In this document: positions 30,237 through 40,999 of the stretch, in pieces
Numbering within the stretch: position 1 is the stretch's first letter
Layout: each line of letters begins with the position of its first letter
Source: Desulfobacterales bacterium
GTDB taxonomy: Bacteria; Desulfobacterota; Desulfobacteria; Desulfobacterales; UBA2174
Direction of reading: 5' to 3'
Assembly (NCBI GenBank): GCA_963668645.2
Contig: CAXXWC010000014.1
Location: 32,001-96,000 of the forward strand
Length of the DNA: 64,000 nucleotides
Notes under the pieces: model-generated
What the model saw: the letters and a program-made list of their open reading frames with translations, nothing else
What the model was told of the DNA's origin: nothing
Databases searched by the model: none
Position numbers and translations under genes: made by a program

Positions 30237-33200
30237 CGCCGACCGCACCGTCTCCGTCCATCGATACCAAGTCGGCCCTTTCATGGAGCGAACGGGCCAT
30301 GCTCATTCTCGGTGTGATCGCCTTTGTTTCCTCGATTATGCTTTGGTGGGTCAACAATCTGAGCCGGACGGCCTATCCGCAGCATATCGCCCTGACCGAC
30401 AACCTGCAGCAGGCCCGCAGGGAGATCAATCTGGCGCTGCTCTTCCAGGCCCAGTATCTGGCCGGTGAAGCCGTTGCGCGCCAGGAGATCTTTTCCGCAC
30501 TGGACACGGCGGCCCTCAAAGTCAAGGACTGCCTCGACGGGCGTAGCACCCTGCAGGGGATTTACGCCACCCGGGCGACCGGTTCCGTCCGGCACCTGCT
30601 GCAATCCTATGCCGAAACCCTCGTGAGGCTCGACCGCACCGTGCGGGCCCTGCTATCCGGCGGGGAAAGCCGCAAGAGACTGCAGATCCGGCAGCTCAGC
30701 GAATTTCACGAGTTGGTTCAGATCGCCGATGCCATCGAAACGGAGATGGCCCAGGCCCTGACCCGGCTCATCACCCGGCAGCGAGACCAGCAGCGGATCG
30801 GTCTGGGGTTCTGGTTCGTCTTTCTGGTGTCCACCTTCATCATGCTCTACCGGGCCGCGCGCATCGAGGCGGCCCAGACGCAGCAGGAGCAACTGATCCA
30901 CTCCCTGCTCGACTCGACCACCGACGCCATCTTCGTCAAGGATTGCGCCGGGCGCTATCTGCTCTGCAACAAGGCCGCTTTGCAATTTATCGGCAAGCCG
31001 AAAGAGGAATTGATCGGCCGCGACGACCGCGCCGCCTTTCCCCCTGAAGATGCCCAACGGCTGATGACCGAGGACCGGTCCATTTTTGAGTCCGGCGGAA
31101 CCATCCACTGCGAGGAGCAGATTACCAGCTTAGAAGGGCAGTCCTTGTATTTCATGGTTTCCAAGGGCGCGCTGCGGGACCGGGAAGGGCGGGTAACCGG
31201 ACTGTTCGGTATTGCCCGGGATATCACCCGCCAGCGGCTGGATGAAGAGCAGTTGCACCGTCACCGTATTTTACTGCAGCGCACCAGCCGGCTGGCCAGG
31301 GTCGGCGGCTGGGAATTCGATCCTTTGACGCGGCAACTATCCTGGACCGAGGAGTGCGCCCGGATTCACGATCTGCAGCCGACGGGCAAGACCAGTGTGG
31401 ACCATTGGCTTGCCCATTTCCGGGGAGAGCATCGCAGGGCCATCGAAAAGGCCTTCCAGCAGGCGTTGGAATCGGGCCAGCCCTACGATCTGGAACTGGA
31501 GATTATTTCGGCCAAGGGGGTGCACAAATGGGTGCGAACCCAGGGCGAACCGGTGATGGAAGAGGGACGGGTCGTTTACATGTACGGCGTTTTGCAGGAC
31601 ATCACCGATCGCAAGCAGGCCGAGACGGCCTTGCACGACAGTGAAATGCGGCGCAGCCTGGCCCTGGAAGCCGCGCAGATGGGTACCTGGGAATGGGATA
31701 TGACCTGCGACAGGATTGCCTGTTCGGAAGCGCTCGAGAGCCTTTGGGGGTATGCCCCCGGAACATTCCCGGGTACGAGAGAGGCCTTCACCTCGCGGAT
31801 ATACCCGGACGATCTGCCGCACATGCAACGGATCGCTGAAGAAGCCAGGCAAGCCAGGCGGCCCTTTCGCAGCGAGTACCGGGTCGTCCAGCCCGACGGC
31901 AGCCTGCGTTGGGTGGCCAGCCACGGCCGTCACCTGTTCGACGACCAGGACAGTGCCATCCGGCTTCTGGGCGTGGCCTTCGATATCTCCGAGGGCAAAA
32001 AGACCCAGGAGGCGCTGCGCGAGAGTGAGGCGCGCTTCCGGATGCTGGTGGAAGGCGCGCCGGAAGGTATTTTCGTCGAGGCCGAAGGGCGCTTTCTCTT
32101 TGTCAATCCGGCCATGGTCAGACTGCTGGGCGCTGCCGGCCCTGGGGATCTGGTCGGCACCGAACTGATCGGACGCATCGCCCAGGAGTACCGCCAGGCG
32201 GTCCAGGATCGCATCCGGTCCCAGTGCCAGAGCGGCGGCGTGCCCCTCCTCCTGGCCCATGAATACCTGCGGCTTGACGGCACGCGGGTCCCGGTGGAAA
32301 CCACCTCGGTGGCCTTTTCTTTCCATGGCCGGGACGGCTGCCTGGTCTTTGTCCGCGACGTGACCTCCCGCCGTGAAGCCGAGGCCCGCCAGGAAGGTTT
32401 GCGGAACCAGCTCCAACAGGCTCAGAAGATGGAATCGATCGGCCGCCTGGCCGGCGGGGTGGCCCATGATTTCAACAACATGCTAAGCATCATTTTGGGC
32501 TATGGGGAGATCATTTTTAACGGGCTCCCTGCCCAGGACCCTCTGGTGGAAAAGGTCAAGGAGATCCTGAACGCCGCAACCCGTTCGGCGGCCCTGACCC
32601 GGCAACTGCTGGCCTTCAGCCGCAAACAGACCTTGCAACCCGTAGTCATGGGTCTTAACGCGGTGGTCCGGAACCTGGAAAAGATGCTGCGGCGGCTGAT
32701 CGGTGAAGATGTCCGGTTGGAGCTTTCCCTGGCCCGCGACCTGGCGCCGGTAATGGTCGATCCGGGACAGGTCGAGCAGGTAATTATGAACCTGGCGGTC
32801 AATGCCAGGGATGCGATGCCCCAAGGCGGCAGGCTGGTCTTTGAAACTCAGAATGTCGAACTCGATGACGCCTTTGTCGCGACCCATGCCGGGGTAGTGG
32901 CCGGCAGATACGTGATGCTGGCGGTCAGCGACACGGGCAGCGGCATGAAGAAGGAAATTCTGGAAAAAATATTCGAACCCTTTTTTACCACCAAGGAAAA
33001 AGGCAAGGGCACGGGGCTCGGCCTTGCCACGGTCTACGGCATCCTCAAGCAATCGGGGGGCAGCATCTGGGCCTATTCCGAGGTTGGGCAAGGGACATGT
33101 TTTAAAATCTATTTGCCCCAGGTTGAGAATCGGGCCGAACCAAAACCGGATCCACTCCCCGGCCCGGGGCCTGCCAGCGGCGAGCATATTTTAGTGGTGG

Positions 33201-33550
33201 AAGATGAACCGTCACTGCGCAAGCTCATCAAAGGGATGCTTGTCCGGCTCGGGTACCGGGTGAGCCTTGCCGCCAACGGCAACGAGGCCCTTATGTTGGT
33301 GGAGGAAAAGGGGGAGATTCCCGATCTGCTGCTTACCGATGTGGTCATGCCCGGTTTCAGCGGTCCGGAACTGGCTAAACGGCTGCAGCGCGTGATGCCT
33401 CAGTTGCGGGTGCTCTACATGTCCGGATACACGGATGACACCATCGCGCACCACGGTATCCTGGACCCGGAGATGCCGTTTATTCAAAAGCCCATGAGCG
33501 CCGCAGCTCTGGCCGAAAAGGTCTGGAAAGTGTTGCATAACGCGGGTTGA
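30233..33550 (+). CDS. Membrane-bound multi-PAS hybrid histidine kinase
   Basis: Two TM segments, four PAS-like repeats, [14 protein letters not shown] and receiver domain; ATGA overlap with the upstream gene. Confidence 0.92.
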   Translation: MTPTAPSPSIDTKSALSWSERAMLILGVIAFVSSIMLWWVNNLSRTAYPQHIALTDNLQQARREINLALLFQAQYLAGEAVARQEIFSALDTAALKVKDCLDGRSTLQGIYATRATGSVRHLLQSYAETLVRLDRTVRALLSGGESRKRLQIRQLSEFHELVQIADAIETEMAQALTRLITRQRDQQRIGLGFWFVFLVSTFIMLYRAARIEAAQTQQEQLIHSLLDSTTDAIFVKDCAGRYLLCNKAALQFIGKPKEELIGRDDRAAFPPEDAQRLMTEDRSIFESGGTIHCEEQITSLEGQSLYFMVSKGALRDREGRVTGLFGIARDITRQRLDEEQLHRHRILLQRTSRLARVGGWEFDPLTRQLSWTEECARIHDLQPTGKTSVDHWLAHFRGEHRRAIEKAFQQALESGQPYDLELEIISAKGVHKWVRTQGEPVMEEGRVVYMYGVLQDITDRKQAETALHDSEMRRSLALEAAQMGTWEWDMTCDRIACSEALESLWGYAPGTFPGTREAFTSRIYPDDLPHMQRIAEEARQARRPFRSEYRVVQPDGSLRWVASHGRHLFDDQDSAIRLLGVAFDISEGKKTQEALRESEARFRMLVEGAPEGIFVEAEGRFLFVNPAMVRLLGAAGPGDLVGTELIGRIAQEYRQAVQDRIRSQCQSGGVPLLLAHEYLRLDGTRVPVETTSVAFSFHGRDGCLVFVRDVTSRREAEARQEGLRNQLQQAQKMESIGRLAGGVAHDFNNMLSIILGYGEIIFNGLPAQDPLVEKVKEILNAATRSAALTRQLLAFSRKQTLQPVVMGLNAVVRNLEKMLRRLIGEDVRLELSLARDLAPVMVDPGQVEQVIMNLAVNARDAMPQGGRLVFETQNVELDDAFVATHAGVVAGRYVMLAVSDTGSGMKKEILEKIFEPFFTTKEKGKGTGLGLATVYGILKQSGGSIWAYSEVGQGTCFKIYLPQVENRAEPKPDPLPGPGPASGEHILVVEDEPSLRKLIKGMLVRLGYRVSLAANGNEALMLVEEKGEIPDLLLTDVVMPGFSGPELAKRLQRVMPQLRVLYMSGYTDDTIAHHGILDPEMPFIQKPMSAAALAEKVWKVLHNAG

Positions 33551-33645
33551 TTCCTGCCCGCAAAAATGGTGATTTGGCCTTGGGGATTCATGCCGCCTCG
33601 GTATAAATCATTGATCGGCCATAGACGAAAACGGCGGCGGAAATA

Positions 33646-34623
33646 ATGAACCCATCCGGTATGATATGCCTTTTAATGACCCTGTGTCTGGCGGCGATTC
33701 CGGCCTATGCCGGCAGTCCCGCCAAGATTAGCGTCAACGGGGGAACGCTGCACGGAACCCTGGAACTGCCTGCCGGAAAGGCGCCCTGCCCGGTTGCACT
33801 GATCATCCCGGGATCCGGTCCCACCGATCGGGACGGCAACAACCCCCTGGCCGGAGGAAAGAACAACAGCCTAAAGATGCTTGCCGAAGCCCTCGCGGCC
33901 AACGGAATCGCCTCGTTGCGCTACGACAAGCGCGGCATCAGCCAGAGTGCGCCGGCGATGCTCGGGGAAAAAGACCTGCGTTTCGAAACCTATATCGGCG
34001 ACGCGGCCATGTGGGTCAAGGAGCTGAGGCAAAACCAACGCTTCACCCGCGTGGTAATCATCGGCCACAGCGAAGGTTCCCTGATCGGGATGGTCGCCTG
34101 CCGCAAGAGCGATGCAGATGCCTTCGTCTCCATCGCCGGAGCAGGGATTCCCGCTTCGGACCTGCTCCTTTCACAGCTGCAACCGAAGCTGCCGCAAGAC
34201 CTGTTCAACGCCGCCGCAGATATCGTCGACCGCCTGAATCACGGCCAAATAACAGATTCCTTGCCGCCGGCCCTGATGGCCCTGTTCCGCGAGAGCGTTC
34301 AACCCTATCTGATATCGTGGTTCCGCTACGACCCTGCAAGTGAGATCGCAAAGCTTGAAATTCCGGTCCTGATCGTCCAAGGATCCACGGACATCCAGGT
34401 CGATATGGAAAACGCGAAAGTGCTTGCAGATTCGAACAGGCTGGCGCGGCGCATAACCATTGACGGAATGAATCATATCCTCAAAAAGGTTGCCGGCAAT
34501 CTTCAGGAACAGGTTACCTCCTATGGAGATCCGAGCCTGCCCATCGCAGAAGAGCTGGTTGAGGAACTTACTGCCTTTGTCCTGTCATTGGAAACAGTGG
34601 TGCCGGACAAAAACCGGCTATAG
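33646..34623 (+). CDS. Exported alpha/beta hydrolase
   Basis: Signal peptide; GSGPTDRDGN, RYDKRG, GHSEG and MNHILK motifs. Confidence 0.9.
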   Translation: MNPSGMICLLMTLCLAAIPAYAGSPAKISVNGGTLHGTLELPAGKAPCPVALIIPGSGPTDRDGNNPLAGGKNNSLKMLAEALAANGIASLRYDKRGISQSAPAMLGEKDLRFETYIGDAAMWVKELRQNQRFTRVVIIGHSEGSLIGMVACRKSDADAFVSIAGAGIPASDLLLSQLQPKLPQDLFNAAADIVDRLNHGQITDSLPPALMALFRESVQPYLISWFRYDPASEIAKLEIPVLIVQGSTDIQVDMENAKVLADSNRLARRITIDGMNHILKKVAGNLQEQVTSYGDPSLPIAEELVEELTAFVLSLETVVPDKNRL

Positions 34624-34748
34624 AATACTCGGTTTCATTGCCCGGGGAATTTTGCCCTGCCAGGGCCCCGTCAGAGTTGGGATCCGCTCTTTTTGTGTGT
34701 CAGATTTTTGAATCTGGCGCCGCTTCCCGTAGATCTGCGCAGCTGCCC

Positions 34749-34907
34749 GATTCCTCACTGACGTTCGGAATGACGCGGGAAAGAGGGCGTCAGCCGTAAG
34801 ACACCGCTTCCATTCCGCGCCATATAGGCGCAGGCTCATCCTCTCCAGCGTTAGCAGAGTAGACCCATCCCCTTTCGCGTCATCTCGAGGAGGTACGACG
34901 AGGGATC
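34749..34907. repeat. Inverted pair of REP-like palindromes
   Basis: gattcctcactgacgttcggaatgacgcgggaaag ... ctttcgcgtcatctcgaggaggtacgacgagggatc; the arms are complementary. Confidence 0.55.
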
Positions 34908-35014
34908 TGCAGTCAAAAAAATCGGCAAAATTTAAACTCACAAACAGAAAAAACTCCACTCGATGAAGTCATAGCAGAACTTTGACAGGGCCGTGTTTGC
35001 CCGGCCTGGTTGGA

Positions 35015-35043
35015 TTGACACGGTACCATGCCTCTGGTATAGG
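35015..35043 (+). promoter_or_regulatory. Sigma70-type promoter (copy A)
   Basis: TTGACA-17nt-TATAGG; both boxes identical in copy B. Confidence 0.65.
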
Positions 35044-35096
35044 CCTATTTTCATAGTGAACTCAAAAAGAGACGAGCCATGATAAATGTGCCCTTA

Positions 35097-35141
35097 AAAA
35101 CCCCAAGCGCCGTAAATCAGGCGGATGGGGTTTTGTTGTTT
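35097..35141 (+). terminator. Intrinsic terminator-like hairpin (copy A)
   Basis: AAAACCCCAagCGCC-loop-GGCGgaTGGGGTTTT followed by a T-rich tail. Confidence 0.6.
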
Positions 35142-35169
35142 CTGGGCTAGGTGATATTTATGGCTTGAT

Positions 35170-35490
35170 TTGGAAGCTTTCAAGCCGAAATAATAATCCT
35201 TTACGGAGCGTTCATCTGCCACGTATCCGAGAATAAAAACGACTTTGCATATCCATTGATGAAGGCATGACGCTTAGAGAACGTGGCTGTGTAGTACGAT
35301 GAATTCAGGATAAAACTGCGCGACTCGATCCAACGGTGACTCCATGATAAAATTTCGAGTGATGATGTTTGGTAAAACGAATGACCTGGTTGCAGTAGGT
35401 CTGCGTGGAAAAGTAGGCGTTATGGACCTGCCGTACCAGCTCAATGATTTTAAAATTTGAGGCAGGGGAAAATTGGGGCTTATTTCACAC
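35170..35490 (-). pseudogene. intI: Degenerate 5' remnant of an integron integrase (copy A)
   Basis: Reverse translation FSPASNFKIIELVRQVHNAYFSTQTYCNQVIRFTKHH resembles the IntI N-terminus; contains stops and frameshifts. Confidence 0.6.
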
Positions 35491-35756
35491 CTCTTTCCCT
35501 TAATATCGGGAACAAGGAAAATTAAAACATGGAAAAATTTGGGTGGATTTTTCATGTCATCATGGATAAATAGAATTGTTAGTTAGAAAAATCAACGTTC
35601 TATAGCGGTAATAGTAATCAAAATTTGTCATCTATTGCAGCTGTTCTGCACAGCGATATTATTATAAAGGCAACGCAAAATGGATGATTTAGGAACAGAA
35701 GGCCGCGGTTCGCAGCCAATAGTTGATTCGTGATCGAAGCAAAAAGGAGATTAAGA

Positions 35757-36248
35757 ATGCACATAATTAAAGAAGATGTAGATGAATTCCACAAGCAGCT
35801 CCGACATGGCGTTGTCCAACGCGTTTATAGGGCTTTGCTCTCTTTTATGACTGGACTACAAAGACATTTCAAAGAAAAATATCCAGAGCATTCCATATCA
35901 TCTCTATATCAAGGGTATTTGGATATGACATATTTTGCTGTCTTCCCACCGTCATTTAAAAAACATGGTTTGAAGTGCGCAATTGTCTTCAACTACGAAT
36001 CATTCCGTTTTGAGGCTTGGCTCGCGGGTAAAAACAGGAACATCAATAGACAATATTGGGAGATATTCAAGAATCAAAAATTACCAGGATATCGAATTGT
36101 CACACCTGGAAAAGGTGTTGACTCGTTTGTCCAATATGATCTCGTAAAAGGGCTTGAACTCAGCGAGGCGGATGCGTTAACAACACTCATTGAGACGCGA
36201 ATAGACGAATTTATAAAAAACATTGAAGCAGTTTTATCGAAGATATAG
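35757..36248 (+). CDS. Hypothetical protein, cassette-like
   Basis: AGGAGA RBS, low GC, LYQGYLDMTYF motif. Confidence 0.75.
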   Translation: MHIIKEDVDEFHKQLRHGVVQRVYRALLSFMTGLQRHFKEKYPEHSISSLYQGYLDMTYFAVFPPSFKKHGLKCAIVFNYESFRFEAWLAGKNRNINRQYWEIFKNQKLPGYRIVTPGKGVDSFVQYDLVKGLELSEADALTTLIETRIDEFIKNIEAVLSKI

Positions 36249-36508
36249 GCAAAGAAAAAATGTAATTACTATGGTGAACCAAGGTTTGCAGCAGATTGCA
36301 CTCGTAGTTATATGGGGTTTGACTATCTACATTAGCCGTGGTAGCCCGTGAATACGCAGAATTTCTTTGAATTAGAAAAAAGTGTTAGTGGCCATGACAA
36401 CATCTTAATTGAATTAGTTAAGGAAATAAGGAGCTTATCGATAGTCTAAGGGAAGAAGCATGCTATCGGTTTCATTGAGGCAGGTATAAAGAAAAGGAAA
36501 TAAAGAAC

Positions 36509-36572
36509 GCAGAACTATTGGTTGAACTTGCCCGGGTGAAACGATGCGCCCGGCAAGTTGCCCGCACGATGG
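36509..36572 (+). other. Degenerate attC site
   Basis: GCAGAAC is the exact reverse complement of GTTCTGC at 35643; internal stem AACTTGCC..GGCAAGTT; right core eroded. Confidence 0.55.
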
Positions 36573-36590
36573 TGGAAATAGAGTGATAAA

Positions 36591-37076
36591 ATGAAAAACG
36601 ATATTTCTCAATTTAATTTTCGAGCAATGAAACAAGGTGAGGAAGCTGATGTTGTAAGTTTGGTTTTAAATGTTTTTGCGGAATTTGTGGCTCCGGATTT
36701 TTCTAATGACGGAGTCTTGGAATTCAAAAAATTTGTAAATAAAGAATCAATAGTTGAAAGATGCCAAGCAGGAAATTTGATCGTTGTTGCGCTAGTTAAA
36801 AGTCAAATTATTGGCATTATAGAGATGCGGAATGATAGCCATATTGCATTGTTTTTCGTTGAAAAATCATATCAGAAAAGGGGCGTGGCAAAAAAGCTGC
36901 TCTTTGAGGCATTAAAGGAATGCAGGAAAAGAAACCAAAAAATACAAAGAATCACAGTCAATTCTTCACCAAATGCATATGTCGCATATCAGAGATTGGG
37001 CTTCAAGGGTAAAAATAGTGTAGAAACGGCCAATGGCATTCGGTTCATTCCGTTAGAACTGGTACTCGATCGATAG
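36591..37076 (+). CDS. GNAT acetyltransferase
   Basis: HIALFFV..YQKRGVA, TVNSSPNA..Y.RLGF motifs. Confidence 0.85.
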   Translation: MKNDISQFNFRAMKQGEEADVVSLVLNVFAEFVAPDFSNDGVLEFKKFVNKESIVERCQAGNLIVVALVKSQIIGIIEMRNDSHIALFFVEKSYQKRGVAKKLLFEALKECRKRNQKIQRITVNSSPNAYVAYQRLGFKGKNSVETANGIRFIPLELVLDR

Positions 37077-37126
37077 TGGCGTTAGCCAACCATTCTGGTA
37101 GATAAAGTGTTTGTTTTGAAGAAAGG

Positions 37127-37702
37127 ATGAATAAGATGAACATCTTGCATATAGCGTGGAAATTTATATGTGAACGCCAGCCGCCATTGGTTCGGATTCT
37201 TCATATCACAATTTTATGTTTGGTTTTAAGTCAGATAGTTGTCAGCAACTTCATGGGGTTTGCTGATAATGGCGAAGTAAGTAGGAAGACCATTGAACAT
37301 TATGGAACGTGGTTACACATAAGCACCGGATTATTACTATTGCCTGTTGCTTTAGTCTTCTTCTTCGTAGAATTAAAACAACATGGGCTGAAATATTTTT
37401 TTCCTTATTTCTATGGCAACTTTTCACAACTGAACGAAGATGTTAAAAAACTTAAACAATTTAAATTGCCAGAACCAAGCGCTTCTGGTATTGCTGCGAT
37501 TGTTCAAGGTCTGGGGTTGGGCGCATTGATATTGGTAATTTGGTCAGGTTTAGCATGGTTTGTTTCCTGGGCCTATATAGCAACTTGGTCGGATAGCCTA
37601 AAAGAAATTCATGAAATATTAACTGGATTAATTGAAGTATATGTAGTCGGGCATGGTGGAATGGGTTTTTTGCATTTGTTTTTTCAGTTAAAAAACAAAT
37701 AA
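37127..37702 (+). CDS. Cytochrome b/b6-domain membrane protein
   Basis: Four TM segments with spaced His residues (RILH, WLH, EIHE, GHG). Confidence 0.75.
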   Translation: MNKMNILHIAWKFICERQPPLVRILHITILCLVLSQIVVSNFMGFADNGEVSRKTIEHYGTWLHISTGLLLLPVALVFFFVELKQHGLKYFFPYFYGNFSQLNEDVKKLKQFKLPEPSASGIAAIVQGLGLGALILVIWSGLAWFVSWAYIATWSDSLKEIHEILTGLIEVYVVGHGGMGFLHLFFQLKNK

Positions 37703-37866
37703 ACTGGAAGGGCATATAGACACCTGACTTCCTTAGTTCTCTGCTGATGCGTCGCCAGCCAACTTTAAATCATAAGGGAAAAGTTTGGAAAATATAACTT
37801 GATGCCGTTTAATTGAGCAAACGCAAAAGCCGGTTATGCTATCCAACTTTTCCTTCAGGAGATTTT

Positions 37867-38364
37867 ATGAATGAACTTGAGTATATCAAAATCAGAAATG
37901 GAAAGTCTTCTGATCACGGGAAGATCGTTTCAGTAATGCCTGAGTGGTGGGGTGGAAGAGATTTATCATCCTCGGTCATAAAGGTCTTTTTCATTCATTT
38001 CAACCAAAGTACATTTATCGCTGAAATCGAAGATGAGTTGATCGGCTTTTTAGTTGGTTTTATGTCCCAGTCTGAGGAAAGAGTCGGTTATATCCATTTT
38101 GCTGGTGTACATCCCCAGTTCAGAAAATTTGGTATTGGGCGCCGGCTGTATGAAAGCTTTTATGCTGCTTGCAAGGTGAATGATAGATCAATTGTAAAGT
38201 CGTGCACCTCTCCTGTTAATAAATTATCGATAAATTTTCATCAAAAGATAGGATTTGAGATTGAGTCAGGAAACGGAATCGTTGATGATGTGCCTGTCAC
38301 ATTAAATTATCTTGGAAAGGGAAATCACAAGGTGCTTTTCAAGAAAGTGCTGGATAAAAGATAA
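37867..38364 (+). CDS. GNAT acetyltransferase
   Basis: WWGGR, YIHFAGVHP.FR..GIGR, TSPVN..SI.FH..IGF motifs. Confidence 0.85.
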   Translation: MNELEYIKIRNGKSSDHGKIVSVMPEWWGGRDLSSSVIKVFFIHFNQSTFIAEIEDELIGFLVGFMSQSEERVGYIHFAGVHPQFRKFGIGRRLYESFYAACKVNDRSIVKSCTSPVNKLSINFHQKIGFEIESGNGIVDDVPVTLNYLGKGNHKVLFKKVLDKR

Positions 38365-38860
38365 CCTCAATCCGAGTTCAACAAAGCTTCAACCTTAGCG
38401 GGAAAATGGGTATTGTCGGGTTTTTAGAAACCATCTCAAAAAAGGTCTTTTGGTCCAATTTCAGCGTTTTGCCCTCACTTCTAGTCCTCGGCATACTTGA
38501 GAGGGCACGGAAAAAAGCTTATTCCTTGACTTTCAGTTTTCCGGGCACACCCACGGGGCGCAGCTATTTCCGGGCCAGATTGTTATGGCAATCGTCCAGC
38601 CTTTTGTGTCCGGCATGCACCGGTTTCGGTCCACTTTGATCTACGTCAACTCCGGTGAGGGTGCCTGGGGCCGCAGTCCAGGCTGGGATCTGCGGCGGAA
38701 ATCACGGCCTACGTTCCGCGAACCGAATAGCAGGAGTCACTGCTCCACAGCCGCCTTCAATCAACTTAAGGCGGAACGCGGAACCAAGTCCAGCTGGTGA
38801 GTGGGGTGCGGTTTGCCAAACACTTGCGTTTCATCGCCTGGTAAATTTTGCCCAAACAGA

Positions 38861-39495
38861 TTGGATTGACACGGCACCATGCCTCTGATATAGGCCTGTT
38901 TCTATAGTGAACCAAAAAGGGAGAAGCCATGATAGCTGTACCCTTAAAAACCCCAATCGCCGAAAAATAGGCAGATGGGGTTTGGTTGTTTTGGGGATGA
39001 GCGGTATTGGTGATTGGGTTTAGAAGCTTTTAGGCGACAAGGAAGAGTGCTTTGCGGGCACGTATCAGAGGATAAGAACGACCTCGTTAATCCATAGGTG
39101 AGGGCATTACGCTCCGGAAGCATGGCTGTGTGGTACGACGGATTCACGCTGAAACTGGGCGATTCGATTCGACGGTTGCTTCATGATGTGTTTTAAAGCC
39201 GTTATGTTTGACAAAATCTGTGGTACAGTAGCCGGTCTTTTCAGTGCGGTAGGCGTAGTGATAGTAGCACAGAAACCTGCCGTACGTGCTACATGGGCCC
39301 AAGGCCGGAGGGAGGGGTAAATTGGGGCGTATTTTGCATCTTCTCCCCTTAATATCAAGTAACAAGGAAATTCAAAACATGGAAAATTATTTGCAGATTT
39401 TTGATGTTATCATGGATAAATACAATTGTTAGCTGGAAAAATTGACATGCTATAAGGGTAATAGCAAGCAAAATTTTCCATCTATTACAACTGTT
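38861..39495. repeat. Integron-platform-like unit, copy B
   Basis: Diverged copy of 35010-35645: promoter 38866-38894, hairpin 38948-38983, attI-like GTT at 39493. Confidence 0.85.
39020..39340 (-). pseudogene. intI: Degenerate 5' remnant of an integron integrase (copy B)
   Basis: VRQV/LCYYHYAYRTEKT/YC..FVKHNGFKTH resembles IntI VRQVLRYHHYAYRTEQTYC; frameshifted. Confidence 0.65.
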
Positions 39496-39618
39496 AGCGG
39501 AGTCAAGAGTATACTGTCTCTGTCAGAAGAGGCCCTTTGTTAGTGCCAGAGCAACGTTCATGGTTAAATAGTTGAAGATCGTTTTTGAATTTTAATTGTA
39601 TGTTGGAGATTTGGTTAA

Positions 39619-40026
39619 ATGGAATATCTGGGATCATGTTTATGTAGAACTGTTAAGTATAAAGTTGTTGGTGAATTCGAGAGTTTCTTTTTGTGTCATT
39701 GTCGTTACTGCCAGAAAGATACGGGGTCTGCACATGCAGCAAATTTATTTTCGTCAACAGCCAAACTTGAATGGATTAAAGGCGAAAACAATGTACGAGT
39801 ATTTCAAGTGAAGAAATCCAGTCATGAAAAAGCATTCTGCGTAACATGTGGATCTGCAGTACCTAATGTACAAATGGACGGTAGGCTTCTGGTGGTTCCG
39901 GCCGGAAGCCTGGATTGTAAATTGGATAAAATACCAGATGGACATATATTTATTTCGAACAAAGCAAACTGGGATGAAGCATTGGAAACGGTGAAAAAGT
40001 TTGAGCGATTTCCAGTTGAAGAGTAA
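39619..40026 (+). CDS. GFA (CENP-V) family protein, gene cassette
   Basis: GSCLC, CHCRYCQK.TGS and FCVTCGS motifs. Confidence 0.9.
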   Translation: MEYLGSCLCRTVKYKVVGEFESFFLCHCRYCQKDTGSAHAANLFSSTAKLEWIKGENNVRVFQVKKSSHEKAFCVTCGSAVPNVQMDGRLLVVPAGSLDCKLDKIPDGHIFISNKANWDEALETVKKFERFPVEE

Positions 40027-40093
40027 ATCGCTATGAATCATGAAAGCCCTTTATTAAAGGGCTATTAGCAAAAAAAAGTGCTTGAAAAAAATC

Positions 40094-40169
40094 CGCAAAC
40101 AACTGCTTCCAGGAGACACCATAACCGCGCTTCCGCGCGGTCAAGGCGCCCCTGAAGCAGAGGTTAATC
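40094..40169 (+). other. attC site
   Basis: CGCAAAC...TGCTTCcAGG...CCTGAAGCA...GTTAATC; extrahelical base and central hairpin. Confidence 0.8.
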
Positions 40170-40187
40170 CCTGAAAAATCGTGAGAT

Positions 40188-40766
40188 ATGAAACAAGAAA
40201 CTGGAATCATATCAAACTGGAACGAAGAAAGGGGCTTTGGGTTTATTAAGCCCTCCAATGGAGGGGATAAGCTGTTTTTTCACATTAGCGATTACAGCAA
40301 TAAGTATAAACGTCCGATTTCTGATCTTAGTGTGAATTATCATTTATCAACAGATCGAAAAGGAAGAAAATGTGCCATCAATGTCACTCCTATAAAAGGT
40401 CACAGAAGCAATAGGAAAGAGATAGGTCAAAGACTGTTTTCATTAATTTTGGTTGTTCTATGGGGGGGAGCCATCTTAATTATTCATAATAAAAGGTTAA
40501 TTCCAACCGTGATCCTTTATATATATCCATTTATGAGCTTCATTGCCTTCGTAGCGTACGCAAAAGATAAACATGCTGCCCAGAATGAAAAGTGGAGAAT
40601 TTCTGAGAACACCTTGCATATTTTATCAATCTTAGGAGGCTGGCCAGGAGCTAAACTTGCTCAAAGTTTCCTCAGGCATAAATCAAAAAAAATCTCCTTT
40701 AGGATAATTTATTGGATAACTGTTTGTATTAATTGCGTAGCATTGTATTGGCTGACAACCCCTTGA
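40188..40766 (+). CDS. Cold-shock domain plus DUF1294 protein, gene cassette
   Basis: WNEERGFGFI, FFHIS; DK.AA...WRISE.TLH..GGWPGA motifs. Confidence 0.9.
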   Translation: MKQETGIISNWNEERGFGFIKPSNGGDKLFFHISDYSNKYKRPISDLSVNYHLSTDRKGRKCAINVTPIKGHRSNRKEIGQRLFSLILVVLWGGAILIIHNKRLIPTVILYIYPFMSFIAFVAYAKDKHAAQNEKWRISENTLHILSILGGWPGAKLAQSFLRHKSKKISFRIIYWITVCINCVALYWLTTP

Positions 40767-40809
40767 AGGTATAACTTGGATAAAAAGACTAATGAAAAGC
40801 GTAAATATA

Positions 40810-40946
40810 GGTTGACAAATAGCTGGAGCAGGACCAAGCTTACCGTGTGGCCTTTCGGAAGTAGCTGGTTCAGGAAAAATTAACTTTTTATCGGAGCGTT
40901 TAGGGTTCAAAAGCCTGGCCTCCCAGTTCCCAGTTCCCTGTTGGGC
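40810..40946 (+). other. Long attC-like site
   Basis: GGTTGAC..GCTGGAG...CCCAG..GTTGGGC; homologous to 45542-45670. Confidence 0.65.
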
Positions 40947-40999
40947 GTCATTGAGTGCGCGACAGAATGCACAGAGGGCCTGAGCATTTCTGGGAAACT

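Larger units (their letters stand above)
35010..35645. repeat. Integron-platform-like unit, copy A
   Basis: Collinear diverged similarity to 38861-39495 that ends exactly at ctGTT. Confidence 0.85.

Noticed and set aside
38425..38820. Possible MITE or IS-end fragments and a GC-richer stretch before platform B
   Set aside because: Could not identify paired ends, a TSD or a recognisable protein
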